A stretch of DNA of 64,000 bases, from positions 285,208-349,207 of the forward strand of contig CAWFOB010000006.1 of assembly GCA_963817375.1 (NCBI GenBank), in the 5' to 3' direction. Positions 34,161-42,717 of this stretch are shown in pieces. The translations under genes were made by a program, and so were the position numbers. Position 1 is the stretch's first letter. Every line of letters starts with the position of its first letter. The notes below the pieces were generated by a model that worked only from the letters and a program-made list of their open reading frames with translations, made no database searches and was not told the DNA's origin. The DNA comes from an uncultured Thermoleophilia bacterium. GTDB taxonomy: Bacteria; Actinomycetota; Thermoleophilia; Gaiellales; Gaiellaceae.

Positions 34161-35896
34161 CTCCGCAGGACGAGCGTGCCGTGGTCGTCGGTCTCGCCGC
34201 TCCAGCCGGCCGGCACCCAGCACGTCGCGCCCTCGAGCTCGACGAGCCGCGGCCCGGACGCCTCGACGTGCGCGCCGCCGGCGAGCTCCACGGCCGGGCC
34301 GGGGTCGACCTCCGCCGTGCGGACGGCAACGAGCTCGATCTCACGCGCGGGGTCGGCGTAGCCGTACCGCTCCTCGTGCGCCGCGTGGAAAGCGGCCGGC
34401 AGGTCGGGCCCGAGCTCCACCCTCAGCTCGAACGACTGGCCGCGGTAGCGCAGGTCGGCCTCGCCCTCCGCCGGCAGCTCGCCCGCCTCGGCGAGCGGGA
34501 CGACGTGCGAGCGCACGCGCTCGCGGCGGACGTCGCCGGCGGCCAGGCCGAGCGCCGACAGGACGCCGGCGGCGCGTGGGACCAGCACGGCCGGCACCTC
34601 GAGCTCCTCTGCCAGCGCGCACGCGTGCAGCGGGCCGGCGCCGCCGAAGGCGACGAGCGCCAGCTCGCGCGGGTCGTGGCCGCGCTCGACGGTGACGACG
34701 CGCAGTGCCCGCTCCATCTCGGCGTTGACGACGGCGATGACGTCGGCGGGATCGATGTCGCCGAGTGCCTCGACGGCCGCGTCGGCATCGAGCTCGAGCC
34801 CGGATGCAAGAGTGGGTGGGAGGCGGCCGAGCAGGAGGTTCGCGTCCGTGACCGTCGGCTCGGTGCCGCCGCGGCCGTAGCAGGCGGGGCCGGGACGGGA
34901 GCCGGCGCTGCGAGGGCCGACGTGCAGGGCGCCCGCGGCGTCGCGCCGGGCGAGCGAGCCGCCGCCGGCGCCGACCGTGTGGACGTCGACGGTGGGGAGG
35001 CGGAGCGGCACGCCGGCGACGTCGCGCTCGGCCGAGCGCGACGCCTCGCCGGCGCTGATCAGCGCGACGTCGGTCGACGTGCCGCCCATGTCGAACGAGA
35101 TGGCCGCCTCGAACCCGGCCGTAGCGGCCACGCGCGCGGCACCGACGACGCCCGCGGCCGGCCCGGAGAGGACGACGCGCGCGGCGTGGGCCGCCGCCTC
35201 CGCGAGCGGGAGCAGGCCGCCGGAAGAGGTCATCACCAGCGGCTCGGGCAGCCCTGCGCCGCCGGCCGCCTCCTTCAGCGCTCCGAGCGACGCGGCCACG
35301 AGCGGCCCGAGGTACGCGTCCACGACCGTCGTCGACGCGCGCTCGTACTCCCGGAACTCGGGCGCAAGCTCGTGCGACGCGACGACGTGCGCGGCCGGGT
35401 AGCGGCGGCGGAGCTCCCCGGCGACGGCCTGCTCGTGCCGGGGGTGCCGGAACGAGAAGAGCAGGCAGACCGCGATCGCCTCGGCATCGACCGCAGGGAG
35501 CGTGCCGAGGTCGAGATTCACGATCACGCCGTCCGGGCCGGTTCGCTCGGTCACGCCATGGCAGCGCTCGAGCGGGACGAGCGGCTCGGGGTGCTCGGCA
35601 CAGAGCCGGTAGAGGTCCGCGCGGTTCTGGCGGCGCAGGTGCAGCAGGTGCTCGAAGCCGGCGGTCGTGACGAAGGCGGTCCGCGCGCCGCGCCGTTCGA
35701 GTAGCGCGTTCGTGGCAGCGGTCGTGCCGTGCGCGAAGCGGGTGACGCCGTGCGCGCCGATCGCGCGCGCCGCCGCGACGACCGACGCTTCGTGCCGCTC
35801 CGCGGTCGGTACCTTGGCCGTCTCGACAGAGCCGTCTTCGTGGATCAGGACGGCGTCGGTGAACGTGCCGCCGACGTCGATCCCGAGGATGGCCAC
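34157..35896 (-). CDS. hyuA: Hydantoinase A / oxoprolinase family protein
   Basis: MAILGIDVGGTFTDAVLI..., ...SFDMGGTSTDVALI.... ORF 34157..35896. Confidence 0.88.
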   Translation of the reverse strand: MAILGIDVGGTFTDAVLIHEDGSVETAKVPTAERHEASVVAAARAIGAHGVTRFAHGTTAATNALLERRGARTAFVTTAGFEHLLHLRRQNRADLYRLCAEHPEPLVPLERCHGVTERTGPDGVIVNLDLGTLPAVDAEAIAVCLLFSFRHPRHEQAVAGELRRRYPAAHVVASHELAPEFREYERASTTVVDAYLGPLVAASLGALKEAAGGAGLPEPLVMTSSGGLLPLAEAAAHAARVVLSGPAAGVVGAARVAATAGFEAAISFDMGGTSTDVALISAGEASRSAERDVAGVPLRLPTVDVHTVGAGGGSLARRDAAGALHVGPRSAGSRPGPACYGRGGTEPTVTDANLLLGRLPPTLASGLELDADAAVEALGDIDPADVIAVVNAEMERALRVVTVERGHDPRELALVAFGGAGPLHACALAEELEVPAVLVPRAAGVLSALGLAAGDVRRERVRSHVVPLAEAGELPAEGEADLRYRGQSFELRVELGPDLPAAFHAAHEERYGYADPAREIELVAVRTAEVDPGPAVELAGGAHVEASGPRLVELEGATCWVPAGWSGETDDHGTLVLRR

Positions 35897-35945
35897 CGAC
35901 CGACTCTACGTTTGGAAGAGCGATGACTCTCCGGACCTTCATGAC

Positions 35946-36845
35946 ATGAGCACGACGCTGACCATCCCGCTCGTCGGCCCGGGTGGCGAGCCCGTCAGCT
36001 TCGCGCGGACGATCAACTCGCACGGCGTCGCCGACCTGCCCCCGGCCACGGTCGGCGAGGGCATCTATACGACGACGGTCTCGGTGCCGGGCGGGCGCCC
36101 GCGGACGATCGCGATCGAGGAGGCGCGGCCGGGCGTGGCGTCGGTGACCGTGCAGGGCCCCCGCATCGGTGCGCGAACCGCGGCGGCCCTGGAACGCGCC
36201 GCGCGGCGAATGCTGAACCTCGACGAGGATCTTTCCGGGTTCTATGCCCTGGCCGCGGACGACCCCGACCTCTCCTGGGTGAAAGCCGGCGCCGGCCGGA
36301 TGCTGCGGCCGCCGACCGTCTTCGAGGCCGTCGTAAAGACGATCTGCACGACCAACACGGCCTGGTCAGGGACGGTGCGGATGGTCACCGCGCTCGTCGA
36401 CGTCCTCGGCGAGCCCGCGCTCGGCGGCTCCGGGCGCGCCTTCCCGACGCCGGCGGCGATGGCGGCGCAGCCGGACGCCTTCTACAGGGACGAGGTGCGG
36501 GCCGGATACCGCGGCCCGTACCTGCGCGCGGTCGCCGCAGGCGTGGCCGAGGGAAGCATCGACCTCGAGCCGTTCGCCTCCGATGCCGCGCTGAGCGACG
36601 AGGAGGTGGAGGCCCGCCTGCTGGCCCTCCCCGGCGTGGGCCCGTACGCGGCGGCGCACACGATGATGCTGCTCGGCCGCCACTCACGGCTGATCCTCGA
36701 CTCGTGGACGCGGCCGACCTATGCGCGCATCACCGGCCGCAAGACGGTGAAGGACACGACGATCGTGCGGCGCTTCCGCCGCTACGGGCCGTACGCAGGC
36801 CTCGCGTTCTGGCTCCTGCTCACGCAGGGCTGGGTTACCGAGTGA
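35946..36845 (+). CDS. HhH-GPD family DNA glycosylase (AlkA-like)
   Basis: Internal ATG 35946 of ORF 35667..36845. Helix-hairpin-helix LLALPGVGPYAAAHTMMLLG followed by DSW. Confidence 0.7.
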   Translation: MSTTLTIPLVGPGGEPVSFARTINSHGVADLPPATVGEGIYTTTVSVPGGRPRTIAIEEARPGVASVTVQGPRIGARTAAALERAARRMLNLDEDLSGFYALAADDPDLSWVKAGAGRMLRPPTVFEAVVKTICTTNTAWSGTVRMVTALVDVLGEPALGGSGRAFPTPAAMAAQPDAFYRDEVRAGYRGPYLRAVAAGVAEGSIDLEPFASDAALSDEEVEARLLALPGVGPYAAAHTMMLLGRHSRLILDSWTRPTYARITGRKTVKDTTIVRRFRRYGPYAGLAFWLLLTQGWVTE

Positions 36846-36848
36846 GCC

Positions 36849-37508
36849 CTACCCGGCGAGGCCGCCGAAGAAGGCGAACGGGTTGTTCCCGTACACGTCC
36901 CACACGGGGCCGGCACCGGGCTCCACCTCGATCTGCGCGCCGGACGGCGCCTCCTGCCGGAGCCGCGCTGCGAGCTCGCGGGCGGCGTCCTCGTCCTCGG
37001 CGCCGACGAGCAGGAACGTCCAGCGGCGTACGACCGTGTGGCCCTCCTGCTCGAGCCGATCGGCAAATGCGGTCGCGTCGTCGTGCTCGGCGAATTCGAC
37101 GCGGACCTCCCAGGTCGCCTCGCCGCTCGCACGGGCCTCGGCGTCCTCGTCCGCATCGCGCCGCTCGACCTCGGCCCGGCGCTCGGCATCGGTCGACGGG
37201 AGGGCGACCGTCGGGTCCTCCCAGCGCTCCTCGACCGGGTGCCAGCGCTCGACGGCAATCTCGCCCTCGAGGGCCAGGCCATGCTCGGCCAGCAGTGTCG
37301 AGACGAGGCCGGCCGCCTCTCGTGCCGCGGGCTCGGCGTCGGCGTAGAGGAAGATCCGGTCGTCGTCGCGGCTGACGGCGACGCGGCCGCCGAGCCGCTT
37401 GCGGGCCTCGTGCTCGACGTCGTGCTCGCGGACTGCCTCGAGCGCCCGCGAGACGAGCCCCTCCTCGCCCGGGTCCATCGCGATCGTCACGCGCCAGTCC
37501 TCGGCCAT
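36849..37508 (-). CDS. Hypothetical acidic protein with two similar alpha/beta halves
   Basis: C-terminal 219 codons of ORF 36849..38432, from ATG 37508. The halves WRVTIAM...RIFLYADAEPAAREAAGLV and WEVRVEFAEHDDATAFADRLEQEGH...FLLVGAEDEDAARELA look duplicated. Confidence 0.6.
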   Translation of the reverse strand: MAEDWRVTIAMDPGEEGLVSRALEAVREHDVEHEARKRLGGRVAVSRDDDRIFLYADAEPAAREAAGLVSTLLAEHGLALEGEIAVERWHPVEERWEDPTVALPSTDAERRAEVERRDADEDAEARASGEATWEVRVEFAEHDDATAFADRLEQEGHTVVRRWTFLLVGAEDEDAARELAARLRQEAPSGAQIEVEPGAGPVWDVYGNNPFAFFGGLAG

Positions 37509-37610
37509 CACGGCACCGTAACCCTTGCGCGCAGGGGTGTGCGCAAGGGAGACTCTCCATCCCGTGAATCGCCTGCACGTGCCCGGTTTCTCTCGTAGCA
37601 CCATGCGCCC

Positions 37611-38561
37611 ATGAAGGTGCTCTTCGTCGCCCTTGGCGCCCTGCTCGCGGTCGGCGCCGCCGCGCCGAGCTCCGCGCGGCTGGGGGCGGTCGCGCCGGGT
37701 GTGACGGTGAACGGCGTCAAGCTCGGCGGGCTGGGCTCGGAGTCCGCCCGCGCGGTCGTCCGCGCGAGGTTCGAGCAGCCCCTGACCATCCTCGACGGGT
37801 CTGAGAAGTGGACGGTGCGGCCGGAGGGCCTCGGTGTCCGGGCGAGCGTCGACCGGGCGGTGCGCCAGGCGCTCGACGCGCGGCCGCGCTCGGCGGTGGC
37901 GCTGCCCGTGGTCGTCTCGAGCCGCAAGATTCACGCCTACGTCGAGTACCTGAGCCACAAGTACTCGCGCGCGCCCGTGGACGCCCGGCTCGTCGGCACC
38001 AGTGGCCGCCTCTCGCCGGTGATCGCGGACGGTGTCCCGGGCCGGCGCGTCGCGGCGCGCCTGATGGAGCAGCGGATCTCCAACGCACTGCGTTCGCCGG
38101 TCTACCGCACGATCGCCCTGGCGACCAAACCGGTCAGCCCGAAGGTGACGAAGCAGAACTTCGGCCCGGTGATCGTTATCGGCCGCAGCTCGCACCGGCT
38201 GCGCCTGTTCGACGGGCGCCGCTTCGTGCACGAGTTCGGCGTTGCGACCGGCCAGGCCTCGTATCCGACGCCGCTCGGGACGTTCTCGATCGTGACCATG
38301 CAGCGCGACCCGTGGTGGATCCCGCCGCCGAACTCCGCGTGGGCGCAGGGTGCGAAGCCGATCCCGCCGGGCCCGGGCAATCCGCTCGGCACGCGCTGGA
38401 TGGGCCTGAGCGCGGCGGCCGTCGGCATCCACGGCACGCCGGACGCGGCGTCGATCGGCTATTCAGCCTCGCACGGGTGCATCCGCATGCGCGTCCCGGA
38501 CGCCGAGTGGCTGTTCGACCACGTGCGCGTCGGCACGCCCGTCGCCATCGTCGACGCCTGA
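37611..38561 (+). CDS. L,D-transpeptidase (YkuD domain)
   Basis: Signal peptide MKVLFVALGALLAVGAAAPSSA. Catalytic motif GIHGTPDAASIGYSASHGCIRM. Confidence 0.85.
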   Translation: MKVLFVALGALLAVGAAAPSSARLGAVAPGVTVNGVKLGGLGSESARAVVRARFEQPLTILDGSEKWTVRPEGLGVRASVDRAVRQALDARPRSAVALPVVVSSRKIHAYVEYLSHKYSRAPVDARLVGTSGRLSPVIADGVPGRRVAARLMEQRISNALRSPVYRTIALATKPVSPKVTKQNFGPVIVIGRSSHRLRLFDGRRFVHEFGVATGQASYPTPLGTFSIVTMQRDPWWIPPPNSAWAQGAKPIPPGPGNPLGTRWMGLSAAAVGIHGTPDAASIGYSASHGCIRMRVPDAEWLFDHVRVGTPVAIVDA

Positions 38562-38713
38562 GCACGAGTCACCCTCGCAGCAGCCGAGCTTCCAGCGGCA
38601 CCGCGTGCACTGCCAGCTCTGGTGGAGCCACAACATCTCGGCGCCACAGCGCCAGCACGACTCGCCCACGCCCCTGACCGTACGCGGAGCACCGGCTACC
38701 ATTTGCGCGCCAC

Positions 38714-38786
38714 GGCGGCGTAGCTCAGCGGTTAGAGCGGCGGACTCATAACCCGCAGGTCGGTGGTTCGAATCCACCCGCCGCTA
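38714..38786 (+). tRNA. tRNA-Met (anticodon CAT; could also be a lysidine-modified Ile2 type), CCA not encoded
   Basis: Hand fold as follows. Acceptor GGCGGCG/CGCCGCT. D-arm GCTC-AGCGGTTA-GAGC. Anticodon loop CTCATAA. T-arm GGTGG-TTCGAAT-CCACC. Discriminator A. Confidence 0.9.
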
Positions 38787-39022
38787 CTTCGCGTGGGGGA
38801 ACCCCTGGTTCCCCCCGGGCCCCCCTCCTTGCGTGCGGCGGCTGTATTCGCGTTGTTTCAGGAGCCGCCGCTTCGTCGCGGGGTTCCGATGGTTGCCTCT
38901 CCGGGGTGCGCCTCTCGCCGGAGCAAGTCCGGCTTCGGCGGCGGTTGTTGGTGGTCTGCCGAGGGCGTCTTTCTTGGGAACCTCCGGTTCCCTCGCCCCT
39001 CCCATGTGGGTATCACGCCTGC

Positions 39023-40213
39023 GTGAAGGTCCTTCTGATCCTCATAGCGGCACTGGCGGTCGCGCCCGTCGCGTCTGGCCGCACGCCGCTGGTCGTCGGC
39101 GTGACGGAGGACCGCCTGAAGTCCGATCCGGCCGGCATCAGCCGCGACGCCGACGCGCTCGGCATCGACGCCGTCCGCATCACGCTGACGTGGCACCCCG
39201 GCCTCATCGCGCCCGACGCGGCGCAGCGCGCGCAGCTCGACGCCGCCACACGCAGCCCGCTCCGCATCGTGCTGTCCCTCTTCGGCGACCGTGGACGCGA
39301 TGCGCCGCAAACGGCGGCCCAGCGCGACCAGTACTGCGGCTTCGTGCGCCGGATCGTCGCCGACTACCCGCCCATCCGCGATGTGGTCATCTGGAACGAG
39401 CCGAACAAGGAGCTCTTCTGGAACCCCCAGTACGGGCCTGACGGGCAGAGCCTCGCCCCCGCGCGCTACGAGGCGCTTCTCGCCCGCTGCTGGGACGAGC
39501 TCCACGCCCAGCGCGGCGACGTCGACGTGCTCGGGCCGTCGACGGCGCCACGCGGCAACGACAACCCGCGCGCCAAGAGCAACGTCTCGCACTCGCCGCA
39601 GCGCTTCCTCGAAGGGATGGCCGCCGCCTACCGGGCGAGCGGACGCTCCATGCCGATCCTCGACACGCTTGCCCACCATGTCTACGGCAGCACGCCGGGC
39701 GAGCCGCCCGGGGCGCAGCACCCCGGAGGCACGATCGGCGAGGGCGACTACGCCAAGTTGGTCGACACCCTCGAGCGCGGGTTCCGCGGAACTGCCCAGC
39801 CGATCCCGGACGTCTGGTACCTGGAGGCCGGGTTCGAGACGACCGTACCGGCGGCGAAGCGCGGCGACTACACCGGTCGCGAGCTGGTGCAGGCGATCCC
39901 GCCCGCCGAGCAGGCGGCTCAACTGCGGACGTCGATCCGCCTCGCGGCGTCCCAGCCCGGGGTAACTGCCTGGTTCAACTTCCTGCTCTGGGACGAGCCT
40001 CGCCTCGAAGGGTGGCAGTCCGGGCTCTACTGGGCCGACGGCACTGCGAAGCCCTCCGCGGCCGCGTTCCATGGCGCGGTGGGGGATGCGCACCCGGCGA
40101 GCGGTAGCCGCAGCAAAGCCATCGTCGTTGCAGCAGCCCTTGCGGCCCTCGCCGCGATCGCTATCCTGCTGACCGGCCGCCGGCTCGGCCGGCGTCGCCG
40201 AATCTCCCGCTAG
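39023..40213 (+). CDS. Secreted TIM-barrel glycoside-hydrolase-like protein (GH5-like NEP motif) with C-terminal membrane anchor
   Basis: GTG 39023 inside ORF 38906..40213. Signal peptide VKVLLILIAALAVAPVASG. VVIWNEPNKELFW motif. C-terminal IVVAAALAALAAIAILLTGRRLGRRRR. Confidence 0.6.
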   Translation: MKVLLILIAALAVAPVASGRTPLVVGVTEDRLKSDPAGISRDADALGIDAVRITLTWHPGLIAPDAAQRAQLDAATRSPLRIVLSLFGDRGRDAPQTAAQRDQYCGFVRRIVADYPPIRDVVIWNEPNKELFWNPQYGPDGQSLAPARYEALLARCWDELHAQRGDVDVLGPSTAPRGNDNPRAKSNVSHSPQRFLEGMAAAYRASGRSMPILDTLAHHVYGSTPGEPPGAQHPGGTIGEGDYAKLVDTLERGFRGTAQPIPDVWYLEAGFETTVPAAKRGDYTGRELVQAIPPAEQAAQLRTSIRLAASQPGVTAWFNFLLWDEPRLEGWQSGLYWADGTAKPSAAAFHGAVGDAHPASGSRSKAIVVAAALAALAAIAILLTGRRLGRRRRISR

Positions 40214-40226
40214 AATCAGACGGAGG

Positions 40227-40250
40227 AACGGCATTGGCTGCCGTTTCTTT
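40227..40250 (+). terminator. Rho-independent terminator
   Basis: aacggca-ttggc-tgccgtt followed by tcttt, 14 nt after the stop at 40211..40213. Confidence 0.55.
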
Positions 40251-40281
40251 GCGTCGATCGACCCGATAAGGATCCTCTCAA

Positions 40282-40443
40282 ATGGCCACCGGAGTACGAG
40301 TTGCAATCACGCTCGCCTGCACCGACTGCAAGCGGCGGAACTACCAGTCGAACAAGTCGAAGCGGAACACGCCTGACCGCGTGGAACTGAGCAAGTACTG
40401 CCGCTGGTGCGGCAAGCACACACCCCACCGGGAGACCCGCTAG
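40282..40443 (+). CDS. rpmG: 50S ribosomal protein L33
   Basis: Not in the ORF track because it is only 53 aa. [53 protein letters not shown], with the typical C4 zinc-ribbon form. Confidence 0.9.
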   Translation: MATGVRVAITLACTDCKRRNYQSNKSKRNTPDRVELSKYCRWCGKHTPHRETR

Positions 40444-40772
40444 TGGCACGTCCGACTCGTCAGGCCCGCCGTGAGCGCCGTGAGCAGCAGCGCGCCGACC
40501 GCGCCGACGGCGCGGGCGATCGCGCGCGCCGGTCGCAGGCCGTGGCCGCGCCCGCCGAGGCGGAGGCGCAGCCCGGCGTCCACCACCGCGGCGGCGTCAT
40601 CGGCTTCATCGGTGAGTGCTGGGCCGAGCTCCAGAAGGTCGACTGGCCGAACCAGAAGCAGGTGATCACGGGCTCCGTCGTGGTGCTCGTCGCCTGCACG
40701 ATCGTCGGCACCTATCTCTGGATCATCGACCTGATCATCAAGCCGCTCATCAACAACGTTCTCATCGGCTAG
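40443..40772 (+). CDS. secE: Preprotein translocase subunit SecE
   Basis: GTG 40443 shares one base with the rpmG TAG. Basic N-terminal extension, then FIGECWAELQKVDWPNQKQVITGSVVVLVACTIVGTYLWIID. Confidence 0.85.
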   Translation: MARPTRQARRERREQQRADRADGAGDRARRSQAVAAPAEAEAQPGVHHRGGVIGFIGECWAELQKVDWPNQKQVITGSVVVLVACTIVGTYLWIIDLIIKPLINNVLIG

Positions 40773-40775
40773 CCC

Positions 40776-41306
40776 GTGTTCCGCTGGTACGTCATCAACA
40801 CCTACTCGGGACACGAGAACAAGGTGAAGGCCAACCTCGAGCACCGGATCGACTCGATGGGGCAGCACTCGCGCTTCCGCCGCGTCGTCGTCCCGACCGA
40901 GCAGGTCATCGAGACGAAGGACGGGCAGAAGGTGCAGACCGAGAAGCGCGTCCTGCCCGGCTACGTGCTCGTGAACATGGACCTGAACGACGACGCCTGG
41001 ACGGTCGTGAAGAACACGCCGGGCGTGACCGGGTTCGTGGGCGCCGGCAACAAGCCGATCGCGCTCTCGCAGCCCGAAGTCGACCGCATCCTCCGGACCG
41101 GCGCGTCCGCGGCCGAGCGCCCGCGCGCGCAGGTCGAGTTCGGTCTCGGCGAGTCGGTCAAGGTGACGTCAGGCCCGCTGTCGGACTTCGACGGCGAGAT
41201 CGTCGACGTCAACCCCGACCAGCAGAAGCTCAAGGTGCTGGTCGACATCTTCGAGCGCCAGGTACCGGTCGAGCTCGCGTTCGACCAGGTCAAGAAGCTC
41301 GACTGA
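40776..41306 (+). CDS. nusG: Transcription termination/antitermination factor NusG
   Basis: [25 protein letters not shown]...[10 protein letters not shown]...PGVTGFVG... KOW motif [21 protein letters not shown]. Confidence 0.95.
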   Translation: MFRWYVINTYSGHENKVKANLEHRIDSMGQHSRFRRVVVPTEQVIETKDGQKVQTEKRVLPGYVLVNMDLNDDAWTVVKNTPGVTGFVGAGNKPIALSQPEVDRILRTGASAAERPRAQVEFGLGESVKVTSGPLSDFDGEIVDVNPDQQKLKVLVDIFERQVPVELAFDQVKKLD

Positions 41307-41328
41307 CAGCTACGCTGTCGCGCCCCTG

Positions 41329-41751
41329 ATGGCCAAGAAAGTCCTCACGCTGATCAAGCTGCAGATCCCGGGCGGGCAGGCGAACCCTGCGCCGCCGGTC
41401 GGCCCTGCGCTGGGGCAGCACGGCGTGAACATCATGGAGTTCTGCAAGGCGTTCAACGCGCAGACTGCCCAGGCGAACGGTCGCATCACGCCGGTCGAGA
41501 TCACCGTCTTCGAGGATCGCTCGTTCACCTTCATCACGAAGACGCCGCCGGCCGCCGTCCTGATCAAGGAGGCGCTGAACCTCGAGAAGGGCTCGCCCGA
41601 GCCGAACCGCAACAAGGTCGGCCGGCTGACCCAGGCGCAGGTGCGCCAGATCGCCGAGACGAAGCTCGAGGACCTGAACGCGCGCGACGTCGAGCAGGCG
41701 ATGCGCGTGGTTGCCGGAACCGCTCGCTCTATGGGTGTGGAGGTGGAGTGA
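41329..41751 (+). CDS. rplK: 50S ribosomal protein L11
   Basis: [38 protein letters not shown].... Confidence 0.97.
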   Translation: MAKKVLTLIKLQIPGGQANPAPPVGPALGQHGVNIMEFCKAFNAQTAQANGRITPVEITVFEDRSFTFITKTPPAAVLIKEALNLEKGSPEPNRNKVGRLTQAQVRQIAETKLEDLNARDVEQAMRVVAGTARSMGVEVE

Positions 41752-41814
41752 ACTTGACCTTTTCCAATCACCGAGACCTCGTGCCAGGATTCATCCTGGC
41801 GCGTACGTGCTGAC

Positions 41815-42579
41815 ATGGCACAGCACGGCAAGCGCTACAACACGCTCCGCGAGTCGATCGACCGCGAGAAGCTCTACTCGCCGCTCGAGGCGATCCGGAC
41901 GCTCAAGGACGGGCCGGAGGCGAAGTTCGACGAGACGGTCGAGGTGCACTTCAACCTGGGCCTCAACGTGCGCCACGCCGACCAGCAGCTGCGCGGCACG
42001 CTGATGCTCCCGAACGGCACCGGCCGCACGATGCGCGTCGCCGTCTTCGCCGAAGGCGAGAAGGCACGCGAGGCCGAGGAAGCCGGTGCGGACGTCGTCG
42101 GCACCGCCGACCTCGCCACACGCATCGAGGAAGGCTTCGACGACTTCGACGTGGCCATCGCGACGCCGGACCAGATGGGCGTCGTCGGCCGCCTGGGCCG
42201 CATCCTCGGGCCGCGCGGCAAGATGCCGAACCCGAAGACCGGCACCGTGACGATGGACGTCGCCAAGGCGGTCTCCGACTCCAAGGGCGGCAAGCTCGAG
42301 TACCGCACCGACCGCGGCGCGAACGTGCACATGCCGATCGGGAAGCGCTCCTTCGACGTGAAGGCCCTGCTCGAGAACTACGCGACGCTGGTCGACGAGA
42401 TCGTGCGCGCGAAGCCGGCCGCAGCCAAGGGCCGTTACATCCGCGGCGTCACGCTGACGAGCACGATGAGCCCCGGCATCCACATCGACCCGTCGCGCAC
42501 GCGCGGGATCATCGAGGAACTGGAGGACGAATCGGCTGGGGCCGATTCGTCTAGAGAGGCAGCTGCTGTAGCCTCGTAA
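41815..42579 (+). CDS. rplA: 50S ribosomal protein L1 (with short acidic C-terminal extension)
   Basis: MAQHGKRYNTLRESIDREKLYSPLEAI...FDETVEVHFNLGLNVRHADQQLRGTLMLPNGTG.... Confidence 0.95.
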   Translation: MAQHGKRYNTLRESIDREKLYSPLEAIRTLKDGPEAKFDETVEVHFNLGLNVRHADQQLRGTLMLPNGTGRTMRVAVFAEGEKAREAEEAGADVVGTADLATRIEEGFDDFDVAIATPDQMGVVGRLGRILGPRGKMPNPKTGTVTMDVAKAVSDSKGGKLEYRTDRGANVHMPIGKRSFDVKALLENYATLVDEIVRAKPAAAKGRYIRGVTLTSTMSPGIHIDPSRTRGIIEELEDESAGADSSREAAAVAS

Positions 42580-42582
42580 CGC

Positions 42583-42717
42583 AAATAGCGCTAGGCCGCC
42601 GAAGACCGCTGGCAGCTCGAAGAGCAGAAGTCCAGCCGAGGTGGAGCCACAGCTCGGTCTTGCCGTGCCTTGGCCCGCCTCAGTGCGGGCCTAGCCATTT
42701 CCGGAGGAAATGGCCAT
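42583..42717 (+). promoter_or_regulatory. Candidate rplJ (L10) 5' leader with SD-sequestering hairpin
   Basis: Hairpins ggcccgc-ctcagt-gcgggcc (42672..42691) and gccatttcc-gga-ggaaatggc (42694..42714). The second hairpin pairs the GGAGG located 11 nt before ATG 42718. Confidence 0.45.

Noticed and set aside
38703-38777. N-terminal part of ORF 38463..38777 (MDSNHRPAGYESAALTAELRRRG).
   Set aside because: This peptide is simply the antisense translation of tRNA-Met.
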